Shown: positions 32,140 to 42,630, numbered from the stretch's first letter. The stretch is DNA of 45,548 nucleotides from Bacillota bacterium (GCA_021768985.1 JAETTR010000001.1:1-45548), one strand, 5' to 3'. Notes: generated from the sequence alone by a model not told the origin. Numbers and translations: made by a program.

Positions 32140-34182
32140 ATGAGTATTTCGGCAAAGGACATTCGAAACATTGCGATCGTCGGACACAGCGGCGAGGGCA
32201 AAACGACGCTTACGGAAGCCATGCTGTTCAACGGCGGCTCGATCGAGCGCATGGGCAGAACGGACAACGGCACCACCGTTTCCGATTTCGACGAACAGGA
32301 AATCGCGCGGAAGATGTCCGTTTCCCTCTCCATTGCGTACACGACCTGGGGCGGCGTGAAATTAAATTTGTTGGACGTGCCCGGATTTTACGACTTCGAA
32401 GGCGAGTTCAACGAAGCCATGCGCGCGTGCGGCGGCGCGCTCGTCGTGACGGGCGCGGGCGGAAACGTCACCGTGGGCGCGGAGAAGGCGATCACCCAGT
32501 GTCTGCGCGCCAAAAAGCCGCTGATCGTATTCATCAACGGCATGGACAAAGACAACGCCGATTATCACGGCACCGTGCGGGCGTTGCAGGAAAAATATCA
32601 CGGCAAGATCGCCCCTATACAGATCCCTTTGATGGAAGGGAACAAAATGACGGGCGTCGCGAACGCGCTGACGGGAAAGGCGTACCGCTTTACGGGCGTG
32701 GGTCCCGAAGAAATTCCCGTTCCCGAGGAGTACAAGCGCGATCTGGAAACCATGCAGTATTCACTGATGGAGACGGCGGCGGAAAACGACGACGTACTGC
32801 TCGAAAAATACTTCGAGGACGGGTTTCTCTCCCGCGAGGACACCATTCACGGAATCCGCAAGGGCATTTTCTCGATCAACGTCATTCCCGTCATGGCGGG
32901 AAGCGCGTTGCAGAATAAGGGCGTCATCAACCTGATGAACGAAATCGTGAAATATATGCCCGAAGCGGCGGAGCGCAAAGAGCTCCCCGCCACCGATCTT
33001 TTAAAAGACGCCGTCGTGGGCGTCGCGTGCGAAGAAAACGCGCCCCTTGCGGCACAGGTGTTCAAGACGGCGGTAGATCCCTTCGTGGGAAAGATGAATT
33101 ATCTGCGCGTGTGCCGCGGCACCCTGCAGACGGGCATGACGGTGCTCAACCCCAACACGAACACGACCGAGCGCATCAACGCCGTGTACCTCGTGAAGGG
33201 CAAAAAGCTCGAAGCCGTTTCCGCGATCGGCGCGGGCGACATCGGCGCGGTCTCCAAGCTGACGGACACCGGTACGGGCGACACCCTCTGCGCGGAGGAC
33301 GCGCCCGTGAAATTCGACCCCATTCTCTTCCCCAAGCCCGTCCTGAACATGGCGGTGTACGCCGCCGTGCGCGGAACGGAAGACAAGGTGTTCGGCGGTC
33401 TCGCCCGCCTTGCCGAAGAGGACAAGAGCTTTGCGGTCACCAAGAATCCCGGCACGGGCGAAACGCTCGTGGGCGGACAGGGCGAAGTTCATCTGGAAGT
33501 CATTAAAAAGAAGCTGAAATCCAAATTCGGCGCGGAAGCGGACTTCCGCACCCCCGCAGTGGCGTATAAGGAGACGATCCGCAAGACGGCAAACGCCGAA
33601 GGAAAATACAAAAAGCAGACGGGCGGTCACGGACAGTACGGGCATTGCAAAATGCGCTTCGAGCCCTGCGAGAAAGACTTCGAATTTGCCGAAGAGGTCG
33701 TCGGCGGCGCGGTGCCCAAGCAGTATATCCCCGCCGTGGAAAAGGGTATTATCGAATGCCTGCCCAACGGCGTGCTCGCGGGATACCCCGTGATCCGCGT
33801 AAAGGCGGTGCTCTACGACGGAAGCTACCACGACGTGGACTCTTCGGAAGCGGCGTTCAAGGCGGCGGCGGAAATCGCCTTCAAAGAGGGAATCAAGAAC
33901 GCCTCGCCCGTATTGCTGGAACCCATTTCGCGGCTTCGCATCGCCGTGCCCGAACAGTTCGTCGGCGACGTCATGGGCGATCTGAACAAGCGCAGAGGCA
34001 GAATTATCGGCATGGACGCGCAGGACGACTTGCAGGTGGTCACCGCGGAAGCGCCGCAGGGCGAACTGCTGACGTACGCGACCTCGTTACGGTCCATGAC
34101 GCAGGGGCGCGGCAAATTCACCGAAACCTTCGCCCGCTACGAGCAAGCGCCCGATTCGGTATTGCAGGGATTAAAGAAATAA
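32140..34182 (+). CDS. elongation factor G paralog (EF-G2-like translational GTPase family)
   Basis: 680 aa. P-loop GHSGEGKT. Five-domain EF-G layout is recognisable through to the C-terminus. G3 reads DVPGF and G4 reads NGMD instead of DTPGH and NKxD. Confidence 0.8.
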   Translation: MSISAKDIRNIAIVGHSGEGKTTLTEAMLFNGGSIERMGRTDNGTTVSDFDEQEIARKMSVSLSIAYTTWGGVKLNLLDVPGFYDFEGEFNEAMRACGGALVVTGAGGNVTVGAEKAITQCLRAKKPLIVFINGMDKDNADYHGTVRALQEKYHGKIAPIQIPLMEGNKMTGVANALTGKAYRFTGVGPEEIPVPEEYKRDLETMQYSLMETAAENDDVLLEKYFEDGFLSREDTIHGIRKGIFSINVIPVMAGSALQNKGVINLMNEIVKYMPEAAERKELPATDLLKDAVVGVACEENAPLAAQVFKTAVDPFVGKMNYLRVCRGTLQTGMTVLNPNTNTTERINAVYLVKGKKLEAVSAIGAGDIGAVSKLTDTGTGDTLCAEDAPVKFDPILFPKPVLNMAVYAAVRGTEDKVFGGLARLAEEDKSFAVTKNPGTGETLVGGQGEVHLEVIKKKLKSKFGAEADFRTPAVAYKETIRKTANAEGKYKKQTGGHGQYGHCKMRFEPCEKDFEFAEEVVGGAVPKQYIPAVEKGIIECLPNGVLAGYPVIRVKAVLYDGSYHDVDSSEAAFKAAAEIAFKEGIKNASPVLLEPISRLRIAVPEQFVGDVMGDLNKRRGRIIGMDAQDDLQVVTAEAPQGELLTYATSLRSMTQGRGKFTETFARYEQAPDSVLQGLKK

Positions 34183-34194
34183 AACAAAAGAAGA

Positions 34195-34222
34195 AACGGC
34201 GCGGACTTTCGTCCGCGCCGTT
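34195..34222. terminator. bidirectional terminator between the EF-G-like gene and the NCS2 permease
   Basis: AACGGCGCGGAC / GTCCGCGCCGTT stem with a 4-nt loop and T-rich tracts on both strands. Confidence 0.8.
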
Positions 34223-34238
34223 ATTTTCATTGTCGCGA

Positions 34239-35810
34239 TTAGTGCGTAAGCAGGAAAGTCGCGAGGAAGAACGCCGCAAGAACCCAGGTGACGACCGAAA
34301 TCGTTTTCACCTTGCCCGTGCAAACTCTTACGATCACGCTGGAGATAATCCCGATACCGATACCGTAGGAGATTTCGTAACCGAACGCCATAACTGCAAT
34401 CGTCAGGAATGCGGGAAGCGCCGCCGCAGGATCCGTCCACTCGATATTGACAACGGTGCTCATCATCAATACGCCGACCCAAATAAGCGCCGTAGCCGTC
34501 GCAGCCGAAGGAATCAGTTGCGCAAGAGGGCTGAAGAACATTGCAACGATAAAGCAGAGCCCCGTCACGAGCGCGGTGAAGCCCGTCTTGCCGCCCGCCG
34601 CAACGCCTGCGGAAGATTCCACGAACGTGGTAACGGTGGAAGTACCCGCAATTGCACCCGAACAGGTCGCGATCGCGTCGGAAAGCATGCACTTGTTCAT
34701 GTTCAGAGGGTTGCCGTCCTTATCGAGCAAACCGCCCTTCGAGCATGCGCCGTACAGCGTACCGAGCGTATCGAACATGTCAAGCATACACAGCGAAAGC
34801 GCGGAGGTTACGAGAAGAAGGATAAGCGAACCGACCGTGTTCCCCTCGATCCCGAGATAACCATTGAAATTGAAGCCTTCATAGAATACTTTACCTGCGG
34901 ATTCCTTTCCCCACGCGCCGAACGCGTCAAAAGGATTGCTGATGGAAATGGACTGGAAGATCGACTTGCAAGCTTCGTTTCCGCAAGCAACGCCGAGCCC
35001 CGCCAAAATGTAATAAAGCACGGAAGAACCGAGGATTCCCCAAAGGATCGAACCTTTTACTTTCTTCTTCGTCATAACCGCAATCGCGATTACGCCGAGA
35101 ATCGCGACGAGTGCGGGAAGCATACCGCCGACCGTACCTCCGTTATACGTAGCGAACGCCGCATCTTTGCTTAAAACGTTAAAGGAAACGAGATTCACCA
35201 AAGTAGACGCATTGTCCACGATTACGCCTGCGTTCTGCAAACCGATAAACGCAATGAACAGCCCGAGACCGACGTTAATCGCCTTTCTCACTTCGTCCGG
35301 AATCGCTTTGAAAATGTACTTTCTTGCGCCCGTAACGGTAAGGATGACGAAAATGATGCCGTCGAGTAACGTAAACACCATAGCGTTCGCATACGACAAT
35401 CCGCCGAGTCCGACCAGGTTAAACACAACGAACGCGTTTACGCCCATACCGGAAGCCTGCGCCAAAGGCATTCTCGCGAGCAACGCCATGAGAAGCGTGC
35501 CCACAATCGCGCCGAGCGCAGTCGCTATGTACATTCCTCCGAACGAAAGTCCGGGGATCGTAGAAAACATACCCGGGTTCACGATAAGAATGTAAACCAT
35601 CGCCATGAAGGTCGTCAGACCGGCGATAATTTCCGTCTTGTAGTTCGATCCGCTCTTCGAAATCCCGAAGAAATTGTCCACTTTCCCCCAAAATCCCTTA
35701 TGCGGACTTGCCGCAGCGGCTTCAGCCGCTGCGGGTTGAGAATTCTCAACCGCTTCGCTCGTCTGCTCGGAGGTTTCGGGTTCATGGAGATCTTTGTTCT
35801 CTTCTTCCAT
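34239..35810 (-). CDS. NCS2/AzgA-family purine (adenine/guanine/hypoxanthine) permease
   Basis: FFGISKSGSNYKTEIIAGLTTFMAMVYILIVNPGM is the typical AzgA/PbuG N-terminal motif. It is preceded by an acidic extension of about 40 aa. GAGGTGG lies before the ATG. Confidence 0.8.
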   Translation of the reverse strand: MEEENKDLHEPETSEQTSEAVENSQPAAAEAAAASPHKGFWGKVDNFFGISKSGSNYKTEIIAGLTTFMAMVYILIVNPGMFSTIPGLSFGGMYIATALGAIVGTLLMALLARMPLAQASGMGVNAFVVFNLVGLGGLSYANAMVFTLLDGIIFVILTVTGARKYIFKAIPDEVRKAINVGLGLFIAFIGLQNAGVIVDNASTLVNLVSFNVLSKDAAFATYNGGTVGGMLPALVAILGVIAIAVMTKKKVKGSILWGILGSSVLYYILAGLGVACGNEACKSIFQSISISNPFDAFGAWGKESAGKVFYEGFNFNGYLGIEGNTVGSLILLLVTSALSLCMLDMFDTLGTLYGACSKGGLLDKDGNPLNMNKCMLSDAIATCSGAIAGTSTVTTFVESSAGVAAGGKTGFTALVTGLCFIVAMFFSPLAQLIPSAATATALIWVGVLMMSTVVNIEWTDPAAALPAFLTIAVMAFGYEISYGIGIGIISSVIVRVCTGKVKTISVVTWVLAAFFLATFLLTH

Positions 35811-35839
35811 ATTCCACCTCTTTTGTTTTTGATAGGGTG

Positions 35840-35868
35840 ATTATATCATGTTTTTGACGGATTGTAAA
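35840..35868 (-). promoter_or_regulatory. sigma-A type promoter for the purine permease
   Basis: Minus strand reads TTTACA (35868..35863), a 17-nt spacer, then TATAAT (35845..35840). Confidence 0.55.
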
Positions 35869-35905
35869 GAATTACGTGACGATTCCGTGAAAAAAATTCC
35901 GCTTT

Positions 35906-36745
35906 TTATTTTTCCTCTTGCGAATCGTCCGCTTTCTCCTTCTTTTTGCGCTTCATCCGGCTCACGCTCTCGCGGGCGAGCTCGACGGACTCGGGATGAT
36001 TGCGGGATTTCAGATGCGGGAACGCATTCAGCAGGCGGGCGGGCATTTTTGCGGCGATCGCGTCGATCGCGCGCTCCCGCTTCTCCGAGAGCGTTTCTTT
36101 GACGGCGGCGAAACCCGCCTCCGCTTTCAGCGTGACGTTCGCGACCTTTTCGCCGATAAAGTCCGAGCCGACGCGCATTTTTTTCGCGACTTCGTCGAGC
36201 TCCTTCAGCTTGCGGTTGAGCTTCAACACCTGCATGATTGTCACGACGAGATCGGCAATCATGGCGGCGGCGCACAGCCCCACGAGCACGTCGCCCGCGA
36301 TTTCGCCGAACAGCCCCGCGAACCAACGCACGGCGGGGTGCACGACCTCGACCACGGCGAGCACGGCGATCCCCCAGAGCAGAGAAAATTCGAAACAGAT
36401 ATACCCCTTTACGTTGAACTTACGCCCCGAATAATCCCACCACTTGTTGTGGAAAAAGGTTTCGAGCGCCCAACCCGTCACGAATTCGATCAGGGTGGGC
36501 AGGGCGATCCCCACGAGGAGCACGAGCCACGGCTTTTCCACCCATTCGCCGAGCAGGAGCAAAATGACGACCACGCCCGTGCCGTAGATCGGGCAGACGG
36601 GTCCGTTCAGAAATCCGCGGTTTACGAACTTTCCCATCGTAATCGCGTGAAAGGCGACTTCGGTCACCCAGCCCAAAAAGGAATAGAGGAAGAAATACGC
36701 GAACACCTCGTACAGCGTCAGCGTGTTGATCAGAACTTGTTGCAT
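35906..36745 (-). CDS. membrane protein of the putative ABC-transporter type IV / CmpB-like family (PF06541-like)
   Basis: YFFLYSFLGWVTEVAFHAITMGKFVNRGFLNGPVCPIYGTG...FFHNKWWDYS is characteristic of the family. The ATG at 36745 follows AAGGAGAAAGG. Confidence 0.6.
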   Translation of the reverse strand: MQQVLINTLTLYEVFAYFFLYSFLGWVTEVAFHAITMGKFVNRGFLNGPVCPIYGTGVVVILLLLGEWVEKPWLVLLVGIALPTLIEFVTGWALETFFHNKWWDYSGRKFNVKGYICFEFSLLWGIAVLAVVEVVHPAVRWFAGLFGEIAGDVLVGLCAAAMIADLVVTIMQVLKLNRKLKELDEVAKKMRVGSDFIGEKVANVTLKAEAGFAAVKETLSEKRERAIDAIAAKMPARLLNAFPHLKSRNHPESVELARESVSRMKRKKKEKADDSQEEK

Positions 36746-36780
36746 ACCTTTCTCCTTGGTAAACGCCGCGAAAACGCGCC

Positions 36781-37752
36781 TTAAAAAATATCCTTCCCGA
36801 CGGGGCGGAGAAAGAGCTCTTCCGCTTCCGCGCCGCGCGCCTGCCCGAGCGCCCACATCAGCTTCGTCACCGTCGCTTCGAGCGTCATGCAGCGCGCTTC
36901 CAGAATCCTGCCGCAGGCACGGAGCTTCCTGCCCACTTCGTAGGTGTCGAGGGCGCTCCCCTCCCGCTCGACCTGCGTGGTGAACACGACGGTCTTTCCC
37001 TTCGACAGAAACCCTTTCAGCCGTTCGAAAAGCGCGCCGTCGCCGTAGTCGGGCAACCCGCCCGCACCGAACGATTCGACGACCAGCCCGTCGCAGTGCG
37101 TATCGAGGTAATCGAAAATTTCCGGCTTGATTCCCGGAAAGGTTTTCAGCACGAACACGTCGGGATCGAGCGTGCGGTAAAAGACGGGCGAACCGCCCTT
37201 CTCCTCGTCGATATAATAAAAGGGTTTTCCGTCGCGCAGAACCGCGATGTCGGGATAGTCGATGCTCGAAAACGCGTTATAGCTCTTCGTGCGGGTCTTT
37301 TTGGCGCGCGTACCCAGTATCACGCTCCCGTCGAACACCACGTGCACGCCCGAAGCGCCCTCGTCCGCGCAGTACGCGAACGCGTCCGCCAGATTTTTGC
37401 GCGCGTCGGTATCCCGTAGGTACGCCGATTTCTGCGAACCCGTAAGCACCACGGGCTTGGGCGAATTCTGAACGAGATAGGAAAGCGCCGCCGCGGTATA
37501 CGCCATGGTGTCGGTGCCGTGGGTTACGACGAACCCGTCGAACCGATCGTATTCCCGTTCGATGATTCCCGCGATTTCCAGCCAGTGCTCCGCCCGTATG
37601 TTGGTGGAGTCGAGGGTAAAGGGCTGTACTTCCTGCACGCGGCAGAGTTCGGCGATTTCGGGCACGCACGCCAACAGCTCCTTCGCCGACATAGCGGGCG
37701 CGAGCCCCGCGCCCGTATTCTTCGAGGCGATCGTGCCTCCCGTCGCAATCAT
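36781..37752 (-). CDS. ansA: type I L-asparaginase
   Basis: Catalytic TGGTIAS and HGTDTM motifs. The ATG at 37752 gives MIATGGT..., but the SD (AAGAGGTGG) lies 18 nt upstream of it, so the true start may be a non-ATG codon further upstream. Confidence 0.8.
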   Translation of the reverse strand: MIATGGTIASKNTGAGLAPAMSAKELLACVPEIAELCRVQEVQPFTLDSTNIRAEHWLEIAGIIEREYDRFDGFVVTHGTDTMAYTAAALSYLVQNSPKPVVLTGSQKSAYLRDTDARKNLADAFAYCADEGASGVHVVFDGSVILGTRAKKTRTKSYNAFSSIDYPDIAVLRDGKPFYYIDEEKGGSPVFYRTLDPDVFVLKTFPGIKPEIFDYLDTHCDGLVVESFGAGGLPDYGDGALFERLKGFLSKGKTVVFTTQVEREGSALDTYEVGRKLRACGRILEARCMTLEATVTKLMWALGQARGAEAEELFLRPVGKDIF

Positions 37753-37825
37753 TAAAATGTTTTTCGTAATCCACCTCTTCCCGCGCGCGGCGCGGTCTGT
37801 TTTTTTTGTTCCGCTTTTTGCCAAG

Positions 37826-37854
37826 ATTATAGCACATTGCAAACGAATTGACAA
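37826..37854 (-). promoter_or_regulatory. sigma-A type promoter for ansA
   Basis: Minus strand reads TTGTCA (37854..37849), a 17-nt spacer ending in TGC, then TATAAT (37831..37826). Confidence 0.55.
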
Positions 37855-37863
37855 CAAATGCGT

Positions 37864-37924
37864 AAAAAAATTCCGAACGAAAAGCCCCCGATTTTCCATA
37901 CCGCGGAAAGTCGGGGGCTTTTTC
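37864..37924 (-). terminator. rho-independent terminator after cysK
   Basis: AAAAGCCCCCGA / TCGGGGGCTTTT stem (37880..37922) with a 19-nt loop. A T7 run lies downstream on the minus strand. Confidence 0.7.
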
Positions 37925-37933
37925 AATCATTCG

Positions 37934-38860
37934 TTAAGAAAACAGCGGCGTCGAGAGATATCTGTCGCCCGAATCGGGGAAGAGCACGACGATGTTCTTG
38001 CCCGCGTTTTCCTTACGCTTTGCGAGTTGTAAGGCGGCAAATAGGGCGGCGCCCGAGGAAATCCCCACGAGGAAGCCCTCCGTTTTGCCGATCTCCCTGC
38101 CCGTTGCGAACGCGTCCTCGTTCGTCACGCGCACGATTTCGTCGTAAATCTTCGTATCGAGCACCGCGGGCACGAACCCCGCGCCGATCCCCTGAATCTT
38201 ATGCGGTCCCGACTTCCCTTCCGACAAAACGGGGGAAGAATCGGGTTCGACGGCAACGATCCGGATATTCGGATTTTGTTCCTTCAAATATCTGCCCGCG
38301 CCCGTGACCGTGCCGCCCGTGCCGACGCCCGCGACAAAGAGATCCGCCTTGCCCTCCGTATCCTTCCAGATTTCCGGACCCGTCGTCCGATAGTGCGCGT
38401 CGGGATTGACGGGGTTCTCGAACTGCCCCGCGATCCAGGCGTTCGGCGTGCCCGCGGCAAGCTCCTTCGCCTTTTCGATCGCGCCCGACATGCCCTTGGC
38501 GCCCTCGGTCAGCACGAGCTCCGCGCCGTACGCTTTCAACAGATTTCGGCGTTCCGCGCTCATCGTTTCGGGCATGGTGAGCACGACGCGGTAGCCCTTC
38601 GCGCTCGCGATCGCGGCAAGCCCGATCCCCGTGTTCCCCGAAGTGGGCTCGATGATCACGGAATCCTTTTTCAGTTTACCCGTGCGCTCCGCATCCTCGA
38701 TCATGGCTTTCGCGACGCGGTCCTTGACCGACCCCGCGGGATTGAAGTACTCGAGCTTTGCAAAAATTTTTGCGTTTAATCCGTGTTTCTTTTCGTAATT
38801 GACAAGCTCCAGAAGAGGAGTTCCCCCTACCAGATCCGCTACGGTGCGATACAGCGCCAT
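37934..38860 (-). CDS. cysK: cysteine synthase A (O-acetylserine sulfhydrylase)
   Basis: NPAGSVKDR (PLP lysine) and [10 protein letters not shown] motifs. The ATG at 38860 follows GGGAGG. The ORF-track N-terminal 104 codons overlap the upstream gene and are rejected. Confidence 0.9.
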   Translation of the reverse strand: MALYRTVADLVGGTPLLELVNYEKKHGLNAKIFAKLEYFNPAGSVKDRVAKAMIEDAERTGKLKKDSVIIEPTSGNTGIGLAAIASAKGYRVVLTMPETMSAERRNLLKAYGAELVLTEGAKGMSGAIEKAKELAAGTPNAWIAGQFENPVNPDAHYRTTGPEIWKDTEGKADLFVAGVGTGGTVTGAGRYLKEQNPNIRIVAVEPDSSPVLSEGKSGPHKIQGIGAGFVPAVLDTKIYDEIVRVTNEDAFATGREIGKTEGFLVGISSGAALFAALQLAKRKENAGKNIVVLFPDSGDRYLSTPLFS

Positions 38861-38877
38861 AAAAAACCTCCCGAAGA

Positions 38878-41800
38878 TCAGTTCCAGATTACGAACGAAT
38901 CGATTTTCGTATCGCCTTTGCACTTGATTTCCACTTTGTGTTTGCCCTCGCTCAATTCGGGCGAGATATACTGCGCGGTCGCGTAGCCCGTGCCCTCGGT
39001 AAGCTCTATGGTCTTTACCTTCTTGCCGTCGATCCGCACTTCGACGTTCGACTTTCCGCCGACGGGCACGAGAATGCCGAGCCGCTTGCCCTCGAACTCG
39101 AATTGCGCGCTCGCGCCCTTCTTGCCGATGTAAACGTGTCCGTAGGTGGAGAGCTTTGTTTCGGTGCTCCATTTGCCCTTGCAGGAAACCGCATCGTCGT
39201 CGACGGCGAGCACGCTGCCGCCCGGAAGCGAACGGGAGTACGAGAACCGGATTTCCCGAAGGATCAGGAAATTGCTCCCGTGCGTCGTTTCGGTGACGTT
39301 CAGCTTGAAATAGCGGAAGGAGGCGGTATCGAATTTCGCGGTCACGCTCGTGCTTCCCTTCGCGTAATCCTTGTATTCGCCGATCAGTCTGTAATTCTCG
39401 CCGTCGTCGCTCACGGACAAGGTGAAGGTTTTGGGCGCGCCGGGCTGCGAAGAACGGCTGAACACCGTCAACGAATTTACGGTGATCGTGCGCCCCATAT
39501 CGATGATCAACTCGACCGGTTGCGCTTCGCTTACGCCGCTGTTGCTGTGATAATACGTGCCGTCGTTTCCGTCGAAGAAATCGCCGTTACTCCAATAATT
39601 TCCCGCAGGGAGCTTGCTCAAAAGTTTCACTTCGTAGTTTTCGCCTTCCCCCGCCTTGTCGTAAGTGCTGTACTCCGTTTCGTCCACGTACGACCAACTA
39701 TAAGCTCTCGTATAGAAATATTCCGATTCGAACTCGTTCGCAAACTCGTAATCGCTTCTGTAAGCGGTCGCATACGCCACGGAGATGCTCTCGGGCGCTT
39801 CGCCGACAACTTCGCCGTTTTCGTCTATGACTCCCTGCGGCGGTACGAATTTCCCCCAACCGACGCCGATATAGCTCGCCGTGCTGCCGTTCGTCTGCGT
39901 TACCATAACGGCTTTAAAATACACCCAGCTGTCCGCCTCGAGCTCGTAATCCTGATACGGGCACTTCTCGTTAAACACGCCCTGGTTCATGAAGCTGTTG
40001 CCCGTCCACTCTTTGGAAGCGCCCACCAGCTCGTAGTTTTTCCCTTCGTCGAAGGAAACGTACAACGCGATATCCCATCTGCCGCGCAGAGCGATCCGGT
40101 ACTTTCCGCCTTCGTCCACGTGAAGCTTTCCGCTCAGTTCCACGACCGCGTTTGCGGGACAATCGTCGCCGTCCTTGTTGGTATACCAGATATCGGCGTT
40201 GCAATTCTGGGTTTTGTTCAAGTTGTCCGTTTTAACCGCCGAAATATTTCCGCTGTAATTGCTCTCGAACGCCGCCGTCGCGCTTTCGGGAACGGAGCCC
40301 TCCGCAAACGTATACGTGGTGCGTTCCAGCATATTTTTGTTGATTTCATGCGTTTGCTCCAATTCGAGCACGAGGTCGATGTCTTCGAGCGTAAAGCCCT
40401 TATACGCGTCGTCGGTAGCGGTCAGCTTGATCGTTACGATAAACTTCCCGGACCGCATATTCGAATCGGGCGTATACTTATAGGTCTTTTCCGCCGTCTT
40501 TTCGAGCTTTCCGTGTTCGGGCTGGGTGATCTTCGTAATTTCGAAATCAAACCCGTCGGGAAGCACGACGCTTCCGCTCCACGTAAAACCGTCGGTAGCG
40601 TACTTATTCAGATCGAGCGTGTATTCCTTTCCGTATTCGATTTGGAAAGGCTGCATGGTGTCGAACTGCACTTCGTTTTCGCCCACCGTGTAAATTCCGC
40701 CCGTCTGATAGACGGAGGCAACCGGCACATACATAGGATACCCTTTCGCGGTTTCCTTCGCCTCCGGGGAAACGGCGTGCCCGAGCAAGGTCTCGAAGTA
40801 ATACGCCATATCCCGCCCGGTGACGCGCGAACACGCCTTGTACCAGGCGTCGGGCGACTGCCCGCCGCCCGCGACGGAAGCCGTCATGAACGCGTCCTGC
40901 CCGAAGCTATGCAAAATATTCGCATAGGTCGCAAGCCCGAAGCGTCCGTTTTCGAACTTGTTCCCCGTCACCTGATCGAGCGCCCAGGTCGCGGAGGTGT
41001 ATCTGTTCCAGCCGCCCAAGCCCTCCGCACCGTAATTGCCGAGTTTTCTCGCCGAAGAAATTTTCGTGAACAAGCTGTATTCCACAAGGTTGAGGGCGTT
41101 GTTCGTGACCTCGCCGCCGTTGCCCAGACCGTAGCCCTGGAAGTTGTGGTTATACTCGTGCATGTTTCCCCACGACCCCGAGGTCACGAGCGCTTTATAG
41201 TTGAGCGAGGAACCCATCCAGCCCGTGGGGCAGTTGACGGAACGCTGACCGGGGAACGCGACCGCCGCGCCCGCGGCAACGAAGGGATCGTACAGGAACA
41301 CCACGCCCTGCGTGGATCTTTTGGAGGAAACCAAAGAGACCTTATCCCAATAGACCGCCGCTTTGTAAAGTTCGTCGTAGGAGAACGCCTTCGCGTATTT
41401 GACGGGTCCCGAATGGAGCACGCCGTTATCCCAGACTTCGAGATCGAAATAGGGCGCGGTCGACTTCGCGTTCTCCGCAAATTCTTCGGGCGTCGTATAG
41501 CCGAGAATAAAGTGAGAATATCTCACGCCGCCCGAAATCGTAACGGAATAATTCACGCGTTCATCGCGCACGTAAACGGGTCCGCCGAGGAAGGAGCCCA
41601 CGTACGCCGTGTACGTTTTCGTTTCCTCGTTAAAGGTCGCCGTCTGTTTATCCACGTCCAACGTGTTCAGAATGACGGGCATGCGCTGCATCTGATTTTT
41701 CGCCAGCCAGATATTGTTCGCCTTGCCGTTGTACAGCGCCTGACCGATATGTACGGAAATTCCGCCCGTGGCGTTCATCGCCTCTTCGGAGAGCTCGATT

Positions 41801-42447
41801 TTAATCAGCTCGCCCGCGGGCGCGTAGAGCCCCGTCACCTCGTAATAGCTCGAATACGCGCGGGGCGCGAACGTCAACCGCTTGACGATCGCGGGCTCCG
41901 AATCCGAAACGTCGCCCTCGTACATGCCGACCGAAGCGGAATGCTTATACAGCTTGTAATGCTCCGCGCTCCCCTTTTCCACGGCGTTCCCGTTGACGTC
42001 CACGGGCGTGCCGTCCTTTAAATAAAGGTAACCGTTTTCGTCCATCTTCTCGTAAGGACCTCCGCCGTTCCAGGTCTGCTTCGTCGTGAGCAGATTGGAT
42101 TCGCGGATCAGCGCCGTCCTCGCCTCGGCGTTTGCATCGCCGAGCACGGACCCGAGCGTTCTCCCGTACGTGGGATAGTCGGGCAAGCCGCCGTTCGAGG
42201 TTTCCGTAGGAATGTTTCTCTTTACGGTGCCGAGATATTCGGCGTAGTAGGGCACGCGCGTCGTCGTTTTGTACGGATTGACGTATGCGTCGTCTCCCTT
42301 TCTGCACGAGCTCAGCATCACGACGCCGAGCGCGAGCACGCAGCACATAAGAATCGAAGCCACGATCAACAAGAGCTTTCTGAATCCGTTCCCGTGCACC
42401 GCCGCCGCGGATCCCGTTCCCGATCCTTTTTGGTTCTTCCGTATCAT
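38878..42447 (-). CDS. secreted lipoprotein: M60-like (enhancin-type) zinc metallopeptidase with PA14-like, discoidin (F5/8 type C)-like and C-terminal beta-sandwich modules
   Basis: Lipobox [16 protein letters not shown] is HEYNH (coded at 41160..41146), with a downstream Glu in [16 protein letters not shown]14-like segment ([17 protein letters not shown]...) and a discoidin-like segment ([31 protein letters not shown]) follow. The ATG at 42447 follows GGAGG. Confidence 0.7.
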   Translation of the reverse strand: MIRKNQKGSGTGSAAAVHGNGFRKLLLIVASILMCCVLALGVVMLSSCRKGDDAYVNPYKTTTRVPYYAEYLGTVKRNIPTETSNGGLPDYPTYGRTLGSVLGDANAEARTALIRESNLLTTKQTWNGGGPYEKMDENGYLYLKDGTPVDVNGNAVEKGSAEHYKLYKHSASVGMYEGDVSDSEPAIVKRLTFAPRAYSSYYEVTGLYAPAGELIKIELSEEAMNATGGISVHIGQALYNGKANNIWLAKNQMQRMPVILNTLDVDKQTATFNEETKTYTAYVGSFLGGPVYVRDERVNYSVTISGGVRYSHFILGYTTPEEFAENAKSTAPYFDLEVWDNGVLHSGPVKYAKAFSYDELYKAAVYWDKVSLVSSKRSTQGVVFLYDPFVAAGAAVAFPGQRSVNCPTGWMGSSLNYKALVTSGSWGNMHEYNHNFQGYGLGNGGEVTNNALNLVEYSLFTKISSARKLGNYGAEGLGGWNRYTSATWALDQVTGNKFENGRFGLATYANILHSFGQDAFMTASVAGGGQSPDAWYKACSRVTGRDMAYYFETLLGHAVSPEAKETAKGYPMYVPVASVYQTGGIYTVGENEVQFDTMQPFQIEYGKEYTLDLNKYATDGFTWSGSVVLPDGFDFEITKITQPEHGKLEKTAEKTYKYTPDSNMRSGKFIVTIKLTATDDAYKGFTLEDIDLVLELEQTHEINKNMLERTTYTFAEGSVPESATAAFESNYSGNISAVKTDNLNKTQNCNADIWYTNKDGDDCPANAVVELSGKLHVDEGGKYRIALRGRWDIALYVSFDEGKNYELVGASKEWTGNSFMNQGVFNEKCPYQDYELEADSWVYFKAVMVTQTNGSTASYIGVGWGKFVPPQGVIDENGEVVGEAPESISVAYATAYRSDYEFANEFESEYFYTRAYSWSYVDETEYSTYDKAGEGENYEVKLLSKLPAGNYWSNGDFFDGNDGTYYHSNSGVSEAQPVELIIDMGRTITVNSLTVFSRSSQPGAPKTFTLSVSDDGENYRLIGEYKDYAKGSTSVTAKFDTASFRYFKLNVTETTHGSNFLILREIRFSYSRSLPGGSVLAVDDDAVSCKGKWSTETKLSTYGHVYIGKKGASAQFEFEGKRLGILVPVGGKSNVEVRIDGKKVKTIELTEGTGYATAQYISPELSEGKHKVEIKCKGDTKIDSFVIWN

Positions 42448-42483
42448 AAATGACCTCCGAATAAAAATCAAATTACGCCGAAT

Positions 42484-42512
42484 ATTATAGTGAGCAAAAA
42501 TTATTTTGTCAC
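42484..42512 (-). promoter_or_regulatory. sigma-A type promoter for the M60-cysK unit
   Basis: Minus strand reads GTGACA (42512..42507), a 17-nt spacer, then TATAAT (42489..42484). A near-palindrome TTTGTTAAAATTTTCAACAAA lies at 42558..42578. Confidence 0.5.
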
Positions 42513-42594
42513 GCAATTTACACGAAAAATCCGTTTTTGCCCTCGTTTTTCACTTTATTTGTTAAAATTTTCAACAAATCAAGCATTTTTAAGG

Positions 42595-42630
42595 TAAATT
42601 ACAAAAGGCGCCGATCGGGCGCCTTTTGTG
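42595..42630 (-). terminator. rho-independent terminator after tex
   Basis: ACAAAAGGCGCC / GGCGCCTTTTGT palindromic stem (42601..42629), followed on the minus strand by AATTTACC. Confidence 0.7.

Noticed and set aside
35811-35868. Purine riboswitch upstream of the NCS2 purine permease
   Set aside because: The predicted leader is only about 30 nt and lacks the conserved purine-aptamer loops.
38861-38877. T-box, S-box or other leader upstream of cysK
   Set aside because: The gap to the upstream gene is 17 nt and contains only the SD.
38938-42021. 1027-aa ORF on the plus strand
   Set aside because: It is entirely antisense to the M60-like gene. Its composition is Arg/His/Gly/Val-rich low complexity, typical of shadow frames in G+C-rich DNA. 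It has no SD and no recognisable domain.
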